64,000 nt of DNA from NCBI GenBank assembly GCA_016839705.1, contig JAEOTR010000060.1:77659-141658 (forward strand), given 5' to 3'. This stretch comes from Promethearchaeota archaeon (GTDB lineage Archaea; Asgardarchaeota; Lokiarchaeia; Sigyniarchaeales; SOKP01). The notes beneath the pieces are model-generated. The model made no database searches. It was not told the DNA's origin and worked only from the letters and a program-made list of their open reading frames with translations. The position numbers were made by a program, and so were the translations under genes. Below, piece by piece: positions 9,082 through 19,115 of the stretch (position 1 is the first letter of the stretch; every line of letters begins with the position of its first letter).

Positions 9082-12000
9082 GTGAAGATTTTGATTATAG
9101 AAATTATCCTACTAATAATTTTCCTAATATTTTTCGCAATTGGATTCTATATTATTTATAGACAAGTTGCTCTAGTAAAAAAAGGGGAATTCAGTAACAA
9201 AGATCGGCTTCAGTGTGTTATTTACGGTTTCATTTTTAGTTTAGCTATAATGGTAGTCATCGCTGTAGCATTTATTTTTGCTGTAGAATTATGGGGTACA
9301 ACACCCATAGAAGTTAATCCTTTGATTTTGCTAATACCTTTTGTTTTTAGTTTAATATATATCTCATTCTATCCTCTTATAGATTTTCTTTTTATTGCTT
9401 TGAGTAAAGAATCCGACGAAGGATTAACTCCATTTCACAAATTCATTAGTATTAAAATAATTAATAGACTCGAAAAGACACCATTGAAAATATTGATCGC
9501 TATTACTTTTTATGTTTTTGTATTCTTTCTGCCACCTTTTCTCCTATCTATTATTGGTTTACCTTTTATAATGATTTGGGTAACTTGGGTGTTATTTTAT
9601 CCTTTAATGATTTTAACTTTCTATGGCTCAAAAGGATATATTGCAGGAATATCAAATGCTTTTTATCACATCCCAAATATAAATAGATCAATATTTATTA
9701 ATTTTGAAGATCCGAAAAGAGGAGTAAAACAATTTCTTTCAGATCCCGGTCCTTATATTATTTTAGGATTAATGATATTCGTGTTTGTATGGGCATGGAT
9801 TTCCCTCTTTCAGACAATTGCCTTTTTTTTTACCGGGAAATTAGCTATTTCAACAATGTCTTCCTATTTTGTTTTTGTAACATTAATATTCGGAATACTG
9901 GGATATTTTACTCGTTTTTGGGGGAGAAAAATAAAATATCGCGGAATAGATATTTACTTTGCAGCCTACCTTATGGCTTCGATTGTTATTAATGTGCTTG
10001 TTAACTTTTTGATTGTCAATCGTGAAAACTTATCTGAGGCTTTTAGCATATGGATTGTAACAAGCCAAATAGTTCCCAACTATTTAAAATTTGCATTCGC
10101 AGCGGTAATTGAAGAAATTGTATTAATAATTTTTACATCTTATTTCTTTTTAGCAAGAAATAATAAATTTCTAAAAAATATTCGATATTCCAAAATTACA
10201 GAATGTGGTCAAACATTTGATCCAATTCCTTTGTTTAATTTTATAAAAAACCGTGATCCTGACATAAGGAAACATGCAGAAGATACTTTGTTTTTTATGT
10301 TTGAAAGAATTCCTCTTAAACCTGAAATAGATCTTAATAATTGGAAATATAGAAATGCAATAATGGATGGTTTGTGTGATCAAAATCCCAAATCAAAAAG
10401 AATTTGTTATAAGATTTTAGTTCAATTAGAAGAAGATGTTCCAGAAATAACCTTACCTTGGATAATCGAATCACTTAATTCCCCGAATTATGATAGAAAT
10501 ATTCCCATCCTAAAATCCCTTCTAGAGATAAAAATCGACGTTCTTGATGAATTACCATATTATCTATATATAAATCTATTGAATGACGCAGATTGGAGAA
10601 TAAAATTGTTGGGATTGAAATTATTAACACGTTTATTAAAAAAAAATAGTGCAATTGCTTCAAAAATAAATTTTGATAACTTAGTAAATGACCCTAATTA
10701 TCAAATTCAGGTAGAACTCCTTAATATCTTTTCAGAAATTCCTCGTAAACTCCCTGAAGAGATAATTTTGGAGAAAATATTTCATAGCAATAAAGAAATA
10801 AGTGCTGCGGCTATAAAAAACTTGAAATTTCTAAAAAATATTGATTTTAATAGTAAATTTGTATCAAAAATCATTCATTTAATGGAAGATCCATCAAGTT
10901 TAGTAAGAGCTTCAATTTTTGAAATTTTGGGAAGGATAGGGAATTTTAAGAAAAGTAAAATTCCAATCTTGCCTCTCCTCGAGGGATTGATTGATCTTGA
11001 TGAGAATGTGAGAAAATCCGCAGCAAATGCACTAGAAAAATATTATAATGAAGAACCTAAATTGTTAGATTTAGATGGCATTATAAGTAAAATTGACCCA
11101 AACAATGTTGAAATATTAAATAGTATATTATCTTTACTGGGGAGATTATGGGAAAAAAATCCCGAAAAAATCTTAACAACATTACTAGTTTTTATAAAAT
11201 TCGAAAATACTCAATTAAAACAACTTATCTCAGATATTTTAATAGAGAAATATAAAGAATATCCAGATTTAATACTTCAAAATTTAATAAAAATTCCTGA
11301 TGACTCTGGATATATAACAAAAGGGATTGTTGCTAAAACACTTATCAATATTGGTAAAAATGATCCAAAGAATATTATTCAGAAATTAATACTTTTTCTT
11401 GAAAATGAGAATAATGAGATTAAACTCAATTCAATTATTTCTTTAGATGGATTAGTAGAAGAATTTCAGGATGGTCTTAATGTTAAACCTATTATTAATT
11501 TAATCCAAAGTAATGAAAGCAATCAAATAAAAAAGGAAGCTTCGAAACTTACTTCAAGAATTGCTAATAAAGATCCCAGACTGATACAACCATTAATACC
11601 TGAACTTATTAATTCATTAACTGAACAGGAATCATCTGTAAGAATCGTTCTGTTTAAATCAATATTAGAGATCTCAAAATCTTCACCTGATATAATCCCG
11701 ATTCAGACAATTTCTAATTTCCTTTCAGATTCTGATTCATTCATACGTGAAATAAGTACAAAAATACTAGGTAATATAGGATATAAAAGACCTATGATTG
11801 TAGCCGATAATATTATTAAGATTGCGTTAGTAGATGAGGATTGGATTGTTAGGGAGGCAGCGGTTTCGAGTCTGGGAGCTATTATTGATCATTTAGAAGA
11901 TAAGAAAAGAATTATTGAAAAACTCACAGTCTTACTCGATGGTGAACAGGGTTGGGTTAGGCGATCAGCTCTTATGATATTATCAAAAATTGAGGAAGTA

Positions 12001-12420
12001 GATGAAACTTATGTACCTTTCAATAAACTTCTAAATTGTTTAATTAATGAAGATCCTAAGGTAAGGGAAGCAGCAGTTGGGTTGTTAAAGATTTATAGTA
12101 GCAATATTGAAGAAATCTTTGATAACATTGTAGAATTATTAGGTGATCATGAAAAGGAAGTAAGAACAGGCATAATCAATAGTATAGTAAATATAATACA
12201 AGAAGTAGGACTAAACCAAATTTTATCAAAGCTTTTAAAGAATTTAAGTGATACAGGATCTATTGAGATTCAGCGTTCGATATCATTGATTTTAGGAAGA
12301 ACAGCAAAATATGAAAATGAAAAAATAAAGAAACGTGTGATATCAGTCTTGAAAATTAGATGTGAGATGAGCCAAGATCCAATAATATGTGGTACCCTTC
12401 AACAATTGAAAGAAAGTTAA
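9082..12420 (+). CDS. Multi-pass membrane protein with a long C-terminal HEAT-repeat solenoid
   Basis: About 9 hydrophobic helices in the first ~360 aa, then repeated HEAT signatures (DPSSLVRASI, DENVRKSAANAL, DEDWIVREAAVSSLG, EDPKVREAAV). Confidence 0.85.
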   Translation: MKILIIEIILLIIFLIFFAIGFYIIYRQVALVKKGEFSNKDRLQCVIYGFIFSLAIMVVIAVAFIFAVELWGTTPIEVNPLILLIPFVFSLIYISFYPLIDFLFIALSKESDEGLTPFHKFISIKIINRLEKTPLKILIAITFYVFVFFLPPFLLSIIGLPFIMIWVTWVLFYPLMILTFYGSKGYIAGISNAFYHIPNINRSIFINFEDPKRGVKQFLSDPGPYIILGLMIFVFVWAWISLFQTIAFFFTGKLAISTMSSYFVFVTLIFGILGYFTRFWGRKIKYRGIDIYFAAYLMASIVINVLVNFLIVNRENLSEAFSIWIVTSQIVPNYLKFAFAAVIEEIVLIIFTSYFFLARNNKFLKNIRYSKITECGQTFDPIPLFNFIKNRDPDIRKHAEDTLFFMFERIPLKPEIDLNNWKYRNAIMDGLCDQNPKSKRICYKILVQLEEDVPEITLPWIIESLNSPNYDRNIPILKSLLEIKIDVLDELPYYLYINLLNDADWRIKLLGLKLLTRLLKKNSAIASKINFDNLVNDPNYQIQVELLNIFSEIPRKLPEEIILEKIFHSNKEISAAAIKNLKFLKNIDFNSKFVSKIIHLMEDPSSLVRASIFEILGRIGNFKKSKIPILPLLEGLIDLDENVRKSAANALEKYYNEEPKLLDLDGIISKIDPNNVEILNSILSLLGRLWEKNPEKILTTLLVFIKFENTQLKQLISDILIEKYKEYPDLILQNLIKIPDDSGYITKGIVAKTLINIGKNDPKNIIQKLILFLENENNEIKLNSIISLDGLVEEFQDGLNVKPIINLIQSNESNQIKKEASKLTSRIANKDPRLIQPLIPELINSLTEQESSVRIVLFKSILEISKSSPDIIPIQTISNFLSDSDSFIREISTKILGNIGYKRPMIVADNIIKIALVDEDWIVREAAVSSLGAIIDHLEDKKRIIEKLTVLLDGEQGWVRRSALMILSKIEEVDETYVPFNKLLNCLINEDPKVREAAVGLLKIYSSNIEEIFDNIVELLGDHEKEVRTGIINSIVNIIQEVGLNQILSKLLKNLSDTGSIEIQRSISLILGRTAKYENEKIKKRVISVLKIRCEMSQDPIICGTLQQLKES

Positions 12421-12587
12421 GAAATAAGTATAACTACTAAGTCTATTACTAAATCTTTTCTCTCACTCAATTTTTAAATTTGGAGTTTTATTCACTGTTT
12501 AATAACCTATCCCTTAATATTCATCATTAAAATAGCATAAAATAAATTATTAAAATATTCGATTTATAAAAATAAGAGTGATTTGAC

Positions 12588-15500
12588 ACGACAACCCCAC
12601 TTTCTAACCCGACAATTCCAATAAATAGAATCCAAAAGTTTGAAGATTTTTATCGACTGTTTCAAGAAAAACCTGGTGTATATAAATACTTAGACCAAAT
12701 TAACAATATAACCTCAAAGGGGGGAAATACGTTAATAGTTTTTTATGAGGATTTATTAGCATTTGATCCCCAGATTGCAGATAAATTAAAAACTGATCCC
12801 GAATCGGTGCTAGAAGATGCTATTGAAGCATTTACAAACATTCTAAAATTTCAAGGAATAGTAGTAAGTAATCTTAATTACTTTGTTAGGGTTACAACTA
12901 ATGACAAAAAATGCCCATTGTATATACTCCTAAGAGGTCTTAGAGCAAAAAATATAGACAATTTTATTTGGTCAAATGGGATTCTAATTAGAAGTTCAAC
13001 AATTAGACCAAAGTTAATAAAAGCTACTTTTGAATGTACGCTATGTGGAAGCAAATTTGAGGTAATTCAGCTGACATCGAGAATTAAATGGCCTAATTTC
13101 TGCAGTAATCAACGATGTAAAGCCAAAACTCAATCAGATTTTAGGCTTATCTCAAAAAGTTCAGAATTTATTGATTGGCAAAGTATTATGATCCAAGAAA
13201 TTCCTGAAGATTTACCCCCAGGAAGAATTCCCAGATCAGTTCAAGCAATACTAACACATGATTTAGTTGATACAGTTAAACCCGGAGATAGAATAAAGAT
13301 AATGGGCATTTATAAATCCGTTTTAGCTCAATCAACCCAAAGTTATAACTCTACGCTATTTAAAACCTTTATTGATGTTAATTTTATTGATCCTGAAGAT
13401 AAAAGCGAACAGATTGTCGATCTTTCAAAGGAAGATAAAAAAATAATAGAAGAAATGTCAAAAGAACCGATGATCCAAAAAAAAATTGCTCGTTCAATTA
13501 GCCCTAGTATTTATGGTCGGGATCAATTAAAAATGGCATGTGCTTTGAGTTTATTTGGAGGGACAAGGAGAAAAAAACCAGGTGGTGGATATAAAAGAGG
13601 GGATCTTCACTTTCTTGTCGTAGGCGACCCCGGTACTGGAAAATCAGAAATTTTAAAAGGAGCGGTTGATATCTCCCCCCGAGGATTATATACCTCTGGT
13701 AAAGGATCAACAGGCGTTGGGCTTACCGCTGCTGTAATAAAAGAAGGCGACACAGGACAAATGAATCTTGAAGCGGGTGTTGTAGTACTAGCCAATGGAG
13801 GGATTGCAGCTATCGATGAGTTTGATAAAATGGACACCACAGATCGCTCAGCTTTACATGAGGCGATGGAACAACAATCTTACCATTATAATACTGAAAT
13901 TCTAAGTGTAGATGGTAGACGAATTGTTATTGGAGAATTTATCAATAATTTAATGGATCAAAATAAAGATAAAATAATATTTGGTAAAGATTGTGAAATT
14001 TTACCATTTAATGATTTAAAAATTTACACCAGTGACTTTAAGAAAATATTTAAGACTAATGTAGATCGAGTAAGTCGTCATAAAGCACCTAACAGTTTTT
14101 ATAAAATTACATTTACTAATGGGAGATCAATAATAATTACACCCGAACATCCAATATTCGTGTTTCGAGAAGGTATTTTATGTTGTATTAGTGCAAAAGA
14201 TTGTATTAAAGATGACTTCATCCCTATCCCTAAATATTTACCAAATTCAAGTGATATTATTGAACTACATGATAATCATGGTTCAAATCATCCGCTAGCT
14301 AAGGAATTAACCATGCCAAGACGTCTAACTCCTAAATTAGGAAGTTTGCTTGGATATATAGTTACTGAAGGCCATAGCTATAAAGACTCTGGAGCAGAAA
14401 TAGGATTTTCAAATATGGATGACATTTTGCTTAAAGATTTTTATAAATTGATGAAAGGTGAATTCAATATTGAACCTTCTATAAATGAAAGGGATGATGG
14501 ATTAAAAACACTCAGATATATATCAGTTAATTTGTATGAATGGATGCTAGAGAATTTTCCAGAAGTTATGACAATATCAAAATTTAAACGTATACCAAAT
14601 AAAATATTATCCAGCAGTCGTAAGATAAACAAGGAATTCTTGATTAGTGCTTTTAAAGGTGATGGAAGTGTAGAATCTACAGCAATATGTTATCGAACGG
14701 CTTCTAAAGGTTTATGTGTTGATTATCAAGATTTACTATTGAAATTAGGAATTCACTCTCGAATTACTTATGATAAGTATAATGATTCCTATAAAGTCTA
14801 CATTCGGGTCCAATCTTTAATTCAATTTTATGAAGAAATTATTCAAGATAATGATCATAGAATTGAAAAAATCAGAAATTTAATTAAACCTGATGTATCC
14901 AAAACCCATCATCATGATATATTTCCAAATTCAATAATAGACATGATTATTAATCTTAAGCATAAATTAGCTATTTCATACGATGGATATTTCCATGAAC
15001 ATTTAAAAGAAAATCATGGAATTACTCGTAATGTCTTTCAAAAAGAGCTAGTTCTAATCAAACATAAATTCTTAAAAATTAAAAAAATTTTTGATAAAAA
15101 TATTGACATTAAAGAAATCAGAAATAAAACGGGGTATTCTCAGGAAAATTTAGCTCAAATGGCTGGTCTTAATCGAAGTAATATTGATTATTATGAAAGA
15201 GGAGGATATGATAAAAAACAGAAGGAAAAATTAATATTAAAGATCGTTTCCTCTCTTAAAACCAAAATAAAAGAAGCTGAAGAGGAAATCGACTACTTAG
15301 ACTCTTTATTAGAATCAGACATTTGTTGGGATAGAATTAAGAAAATTGAGTGTATCCAAAATAAGAAAAAGAATTATACACCATGGGTCTATGATATAAC
15401 TGTAGAACCGAATCATACATTTATTAGCCAAGGAATTGTTCTTCATAACACTGTAAGTATTGCCAAAGCAGGAATAGTGGCTACTTTAAAAGCTCAAACC

Positions 15501-16289
15501 GCTATTATTGCGGCAGCTAATCCATATTCAGGAAGATATGATAGATATAAAACACCTACACAAAACATTCGTCTGCCACCATCTCTTTTATCTCGTTTTG
15601 ATCTAATCTTCGTAGTAGTAGACCGACCTAATCCCTCTGAAGATGCCCAAATGGCAGAATTTATTTTGAAAAACGCTATGGTAAAGCCAGAAGAGGACTT
15701 TGATGATCAAGGTGAAAGTATTGCCCCAATTCCTAAGGAGCTTCTTAAAAAATACATTAAACATGCGAAGAGAACATGTCACCCTGTTCTGTCAGATGAA
15801 GCTAAAGAAAAAATAAAAGAATTTTATTTAGAATTAAGAGGTCAATATGATAGTGAAGATGCAATCATTTCGATCTTAGCAAGAAATTTAGATGCTCTTG
15901 TAAGGTTGTGTGAAGCTTATGCAAAAATGGCTTTAAGAGACAAAGTTATTAAAGAAGATGTTGAAGAAGTTATGAAATTATTTAAAAGATACCTTAAAGA
16001 TACTGGCTATGACGAAACTTCTGGGAAAATTGATATGGATAGAATCTTTGTTGGGCAATCTAGAAGTAATCTGAACAGACTTGAGTCATTAATGAACAGA
16101 CTTAAAGAAATATTCGAGGAAAATAGTTGGAAACCTTTAGAGAGGATTAATGTAATTCAAATCTTAGATTTAGAAGAGAAACTAGATAAGAAATTCATTG
16201 AAAATGCGCTTGAAGAATTGATAAAAGAAGGAACTCTTTATGAGCCAAAAAGTGGATTTATCAAGTTCACTAACAAAGAATCAGTCTAA
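12588..16289 (+). CDS. mcm: Replicative helicase MCM (intein-containing precursor)
   Basis: C4 zinc finger, QEIPEDLPPGRIPR, Walker A GDPGTGKS, Walker B IDEFDKM, SRFDLIF, C-terminal winged helix. Frame is open from 12582 and encodes the MCM N-terminal subdomain upstream of the GTG at 12807; exact start uncertain. Confidence 0.95.
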   Translation, partial: TTTPLSNPTIPINRIQKFEDFYRLFQEKPGVYKYLDQINNITSKGGNTLIVFYEDLLAFDPQIADKLKTDPESVLEDAIEAFTNILKFQGIVVSNLNYFVRVTTNDKKCPLYILLRGLRAKNIDNFIWSNGILIRSSTIRPKLIKATFECTLCGSKFEVIQLTSRIKWPNFCSNQRCKAKTQSDFRLISKSSEFIDWQSIMIQEIPEDLPPGRIPRSVQAILTHDLVDTVKPGDRIKIMGIYKSVLAQSTQSYNSTLFKTFIDVNFIDPEDKSEQIVDLSKEDKKIIEEMSKEPMIQKKIARSISPSIYGRDQLKMACALSLFGGTRRKKPGGGYKRGDLHFLVVGDPGTGKSEILKGAVDISPRGLYTSGKGSTGVGLTAAVIKEGDTGQMNLEAGVVVLANGGIAAIDEFDKMDTTDRSALHEAMEQQSYHYNTEILSVDGRRIVIGEFINNLMDQNKDKIIFGKDCEILPFNDLKIYTSDFKKIFKTNVDRVSRHKAPNSFYKITFTNGRSIIITPEHPIFVFREGILCCISAKDCIKDDFIPIPKYLPNSSDIIELHDNHGSNHPLAKELTMPRRLTPKLGSLLGYIVTEGHSYKDSGAEIGFSNMDDILLKDFYKLMKGEFNIEPSINERDDGLKTLRYISVNLYEWMLENFPEVMTISKFKRIPNKILSSSRKINKEFLISAFKGDGSVESTAICYRTASKGLCVDYQDLLLKLGIHSRITYDKYNDSYKVYIRVQSLIQFYEEIIQDNDHRIEKIRNLIKPDVSKTHHHDIFPNSIIDMIINLKHKLAISYDGYFHEHLKENHGITRNVFQKELVLIKHKFLKIKKIFDKNIDIKEIRNKTGYSQENLAQMAGLNRSNIDYYERGGYDKKQKEKLILKIVSSLKTKIKEAEEEIDYLDSLLESDICWDRIKKIECIQNKKKNYTPWVYDITVEPNHTFISQGIVLHNTVSIAKAGIVATLKAQTAIIAAANPYSGRYDRYKTPTQNIRLPPSLLSRFDLIFVVVDRPNPSEDAQMAEFILKNAMVKPEEDFDDQGESIAPIPKELLKKYIKHAKRTCHPVLSDEAKEKIKEFYLELRGQYDSEDAIISILARNLDALVRLCEAYAKMALRDKVIKEDVEEVMKLFKRYLKDTGYDETSGKIDMDRIFVGQSRSNLNRLESLMNRLKEIFEENSWKPLERINVIQILDLEEKLDKKFIENALEELIKEGTLYEPKSGFIKFTNKESV
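13878..15449 (+). mobile_element. Intein (524 aa) with LAGLIDADG homing endonuclease, inserted in MCM
   Basis: Splits the conserved HEAMEQQ|TVSIAKAG; Ser1, block B ITPEHP, LAGLIDADG-like LGYIVTEG and FKGDG, block F VYDITV, terminal HN followed by Thr+1. Confidence 0.93.
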
Positions 16290-16331
16290 TTTTTTTTAAA
16301 TATCTTATTTTTTCGTTATAATCTGAACAAT

Positions 16332-16856
16332 CTATTGAAGATAGTTAATCGCCTGTTTAGCTATCAACTTGAATGCCAACTCTACGTTATCACCTGATTT
16401 TGCTGAAGTAAAAATAATTGTCCTAGTATTAATTCGCTCCCCTAATGAATCGATGTATTGTTTTTCTATTTCATATAACAAATCACTTTTATTCGCAATC
16501 AAAATGATTGGTATTAGAGAACAATATTGATCTAAATCGGGTACCCAAAATTTTTCAATCTGATCAAATGTGTTACTTCTTGTCAAGTCCCCTACAATTA
16601 TTACTCCTTTAGCACCTGAATAATATGGACGTCTCATACTTATCCATCTTTCTTGTCCGGCAATATCCCAAAGTTGAAGAGTTGTTTCTGTTTCATTTTC
16701 TAAAACGATCTTTTTTGTAAAGATATTTGTTCCGATACTGGAACGGTAATCTGTAGTAAATCGTCCCGATACAAATTTCTTGACTAGACTGGTCTTGCCA
16801 ACTGCCGGTTCTCCGATTACAATAATTTTAAGAGTAATTCTCTTGGTATTGTCCAT
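16332..16856 (-). CDS. Rab-like small GTPase (Ras superfamily)
   Basis: G1 GEPAVGKTS, G2 SIGTNIF, G3 WDIAGQE, G4 NKSD, G5 TSAK. Confidence 0.93.
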   Translation of the reverse strand: MDNTKRITLKIIVIGEPAVGKTSLVKKFVSGRFTTDYRSSIGTNIFTKKIVLENETETTLQLWDIAGQERWISMRRPYYSGAKGVIIVGDLTRSNTFDQIEKFWVPDLDQYCSLIPIILIANKSDLLYEIEKQYIDSLGERINTRTIIFTSAKSGDNVELAFKLIAKQAINYLQ

Positions 16857-16957
16857 ATATAATTATTTTTATGAAGAAACTTTTTTAAGTTTATATATAA
16901 ATATTAAAATAATCAAATCCTAAAATAACGAAAATTAAAAGATAGCAATATAACATT

Positions 16958-18049
16958 ATGGTCACCGGTATAGTGTATGATGAAATTTACCTAGAACATA
17001 AAACTGGAAACCATCCAGAAAGCCCCTCTAGATTAATTGCTATAATGGATTTCTTAAAAGAAACAAAATTGCTAGAAGATCCAAACTTTAAAATCATTAA
17101 GCCGAGAAAGGCTACTCTAGACCAAATAAGATATGTCCATAGAGAAAGATTAATAAAAGAAATCCAAGAAATTTGTGAGTTAAGTGCTAAAACGCGTCGT
17201 CTTCAAGAAATAGATTGGGATACTGTAGCATCCCCTAAAACTTATGAGGCATCCTTATACTCAGTCGGTGGTAATTTACAAGCAATAGATAAGATAATAA
17301 ATGGTAATATAAAGAATGCATTCGCTTTGGTTAGACCTCCTGGACACCACTCTAATTCACATCGATTCGCTGGATTTTGTATTTTCAACAACATTGCTAT
17401 CGCAGCAGAATATCTTTTTAAAGAAAAAGGAATAAAAAGAGCAGTTATAATTGATTGGGATTGTCATCATGGAAATGGTACACAAGATATTTTTTATCAC
17501 GGTTCTAAGTCAGAATCAGGTGAATTAGTAATGTTTAATTCACATCAATATGGTAATTTTTATCCAGGTACAGGTAACTATGATGAAATTGGCACAGATA
17601 AAGGAATAGGCAAGATTATTAATTATCCAATGCCCGCTGGCTCTACTGATGATGCTATTCCTATTTATTTTGATGAAATAATTGTACCTATATGTGAAGA
17701 GTTTAAACCAGAATTTATCCTAATTTCTGCTGGTTTTGATACCCATTGGACAGATAGAAATACAGATATGAATTGGACATACCAAGCACCAGCAAATTAT
17801 TTAAAAAAAATTAAAACAATCGCACAGAAATATGCAAATAATAGGATTCTCATAACATTAGAAGGTGGATATGAATTGGATAAACAAGCTCGAGCTGTTT
17901 ATAACTGTTTAAAAGTACTTAATGATGAGGATGATAGTTTAATACAAGAAGAACCAAGAAAATCTAGATCTGAATTGTTAAATTATTTTAAAAAAAGATT
18001 AATCCCTGCCTTAAAGGAAAAATTAAAACCTTATTGGGCTTGCTTCTAA
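16958..18049 (+). CDS. Zn-dependent histone deacetylase family protein
   Basis: HPESPSRL, RPPGHH, GFCIFNN, DWDCHHGNGTQDIFY, SAGFD, LEGGY. Confidence 0.93.
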   Translation: MVTGIVYDEIYLEHKTGNHPESPSRLIAIMDFLKETKLLEDPNFKIIKPRKATLDQIRYVHRERLIKEIQEICELSAKTRRLQEIDWDTVASPKTYEASLYSVGGNLQAIDKIINGNIKNAFALVRPPGHHSNSHRFAGFCIFNNIAIAAEYLFKEKGIKRAVIIDWDCHHGNGTQDIFYHGSKSESGELVMFNSHQYGNFYPGTGNYDEIGTDKGIGKIINYPMPAGSTDDAIPIYFDEIIVPICEEFKPEFILISAGFDTHWTDRNTDMNWTYQAPANYLKKIKTIAQKYANNRILITLEGGYELDKQARAVYNCLKVLNDEDDSLIQEEPRKSRSELLNYFKKRLIPALKEKLKPYWACF

Positions 18050-18164
18050 AGTTCTTCACTAAGAATAATACATATAACAATTATGCATTAATTTATAAAC
18101 TTGAATACTATATTAAAAATAAATAACCAATTATTATTTCATAAAAATACCTAAGGAGATTATT

Positions 18165-19115
18165 TTGTCGTACGAATATGAAAGAGAAGAGGAAGAAGAA
18201 AAAAAAAAAAAATCTATTTCGCCACCTCCCTCAATGCCACCCCCTTCAATAACTCCTGCAATGCCACCTCCCTCAATGCCACCCCCACCATTAAGACCTT
18301 CACCGGAACAACCATTAACCCCGCCTCCCTTTGAAACACCTCCACCCGCTCCGAGTATAAGTTTAACTCCTCCTGTAATTGATACACCTACACAACCTTC
18401 ATATGATCCTTCACCAGTTCCTACATACACATCTGCGCCATCAATTTCTACTGGACATTCACAGGTAGAATATAATTCTCTAATAGCTCAACTTGAAGAA
18501 AGAGAATCAAGAATTAATCAGTTACAGAGTAACTTAAATGAGATTAAAACTCAAAGTTCTTCGTTAAATGCACAACTTCTTGAAAGGGACAACCAAATTA
18601 ATCATTTGCAAAATCAAATCCAATCTCTTCAAACTTCTGCTGAGGCTTACCAAAAACAAGTTAATCAACTTACAGATGAGAATGCCCAATTACAAGCACA
18701 TATCCCAGGCTTACAACAGCAAGTTCAAGACCTACAGCAAAATAATTCTATGCTACAACAACAAATTAGCCCATTACAATCGCAAATTTCTAAACTTCAA
18801 GAAGAAGTAGCCTATAAGGATAGGAGAATAAATGAACTTAAAGAACCCAAGGCTGTAATGCCGTCGAGCTTAGCACAAGGGATTACCGCTCAATCATCAT
18901 CCGGATATGAGCCTAGCTCAACTTATAGCCCTCCTGCAACTCCTGCTCCAAGTCCGGCTATCCCAATAGGAACTGGAAGAAGGATATGTCCTAACTGTGC
19001 TGCGTCAGGATTTGCTGTAAAAGAGGTTGAAGATAGAAGTCGTATAATAAGCTATATCCCAAAACCAATATACGCAAAGAAATTTGTATGTACTAAGTGT
19101 GGATTCGAGTTCTAA
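18165..19115 (+). CDS. Proline-rich, coiled-coil protein with C-terminal Zn ribbon
   Basis: PPPSMPPP repeats, Gln-rich heptad segment of about 125 aa, CPNC...CTKC; GGAG upstream of the TTG start. Confidence 0.85.
   Translation: MSYEYEREEEEEKKKKSISPPPSMPPPSITPAMPPPSMPPPPLRPSPEQPLTPPPFETPPPAPSISLTPPVIDTPTQPSYDPSPVPTYTSAPSISTGHSQVEYNSLIAQLEERESRINQLQSNLNEIKTQSSSLNAQLLERDNQINHLQNQIQSLQTSAEAYQKQVNQLTDENAQLQAHIPGLQQQVQDLQQNNSMLQQQISPLQSQISKLQEEVAYKDRRINELKEPKAVMPSSLAQGITAQSSSGYEPSSTYSPPATPAPSPAIPIGTGRRICPNCAASGFAVKEVEDRSRIISYIPKPIYAKKFVCTKCGFEF
18221..18286 (+). repeat. 24-nt direct repeat (two copies) encoding proline-rich motifs
   Basis: GCCACCTCCCTCAATGCCACCCCC at 18221-18244 and 18263-18286. 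Confidence 0.8.
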
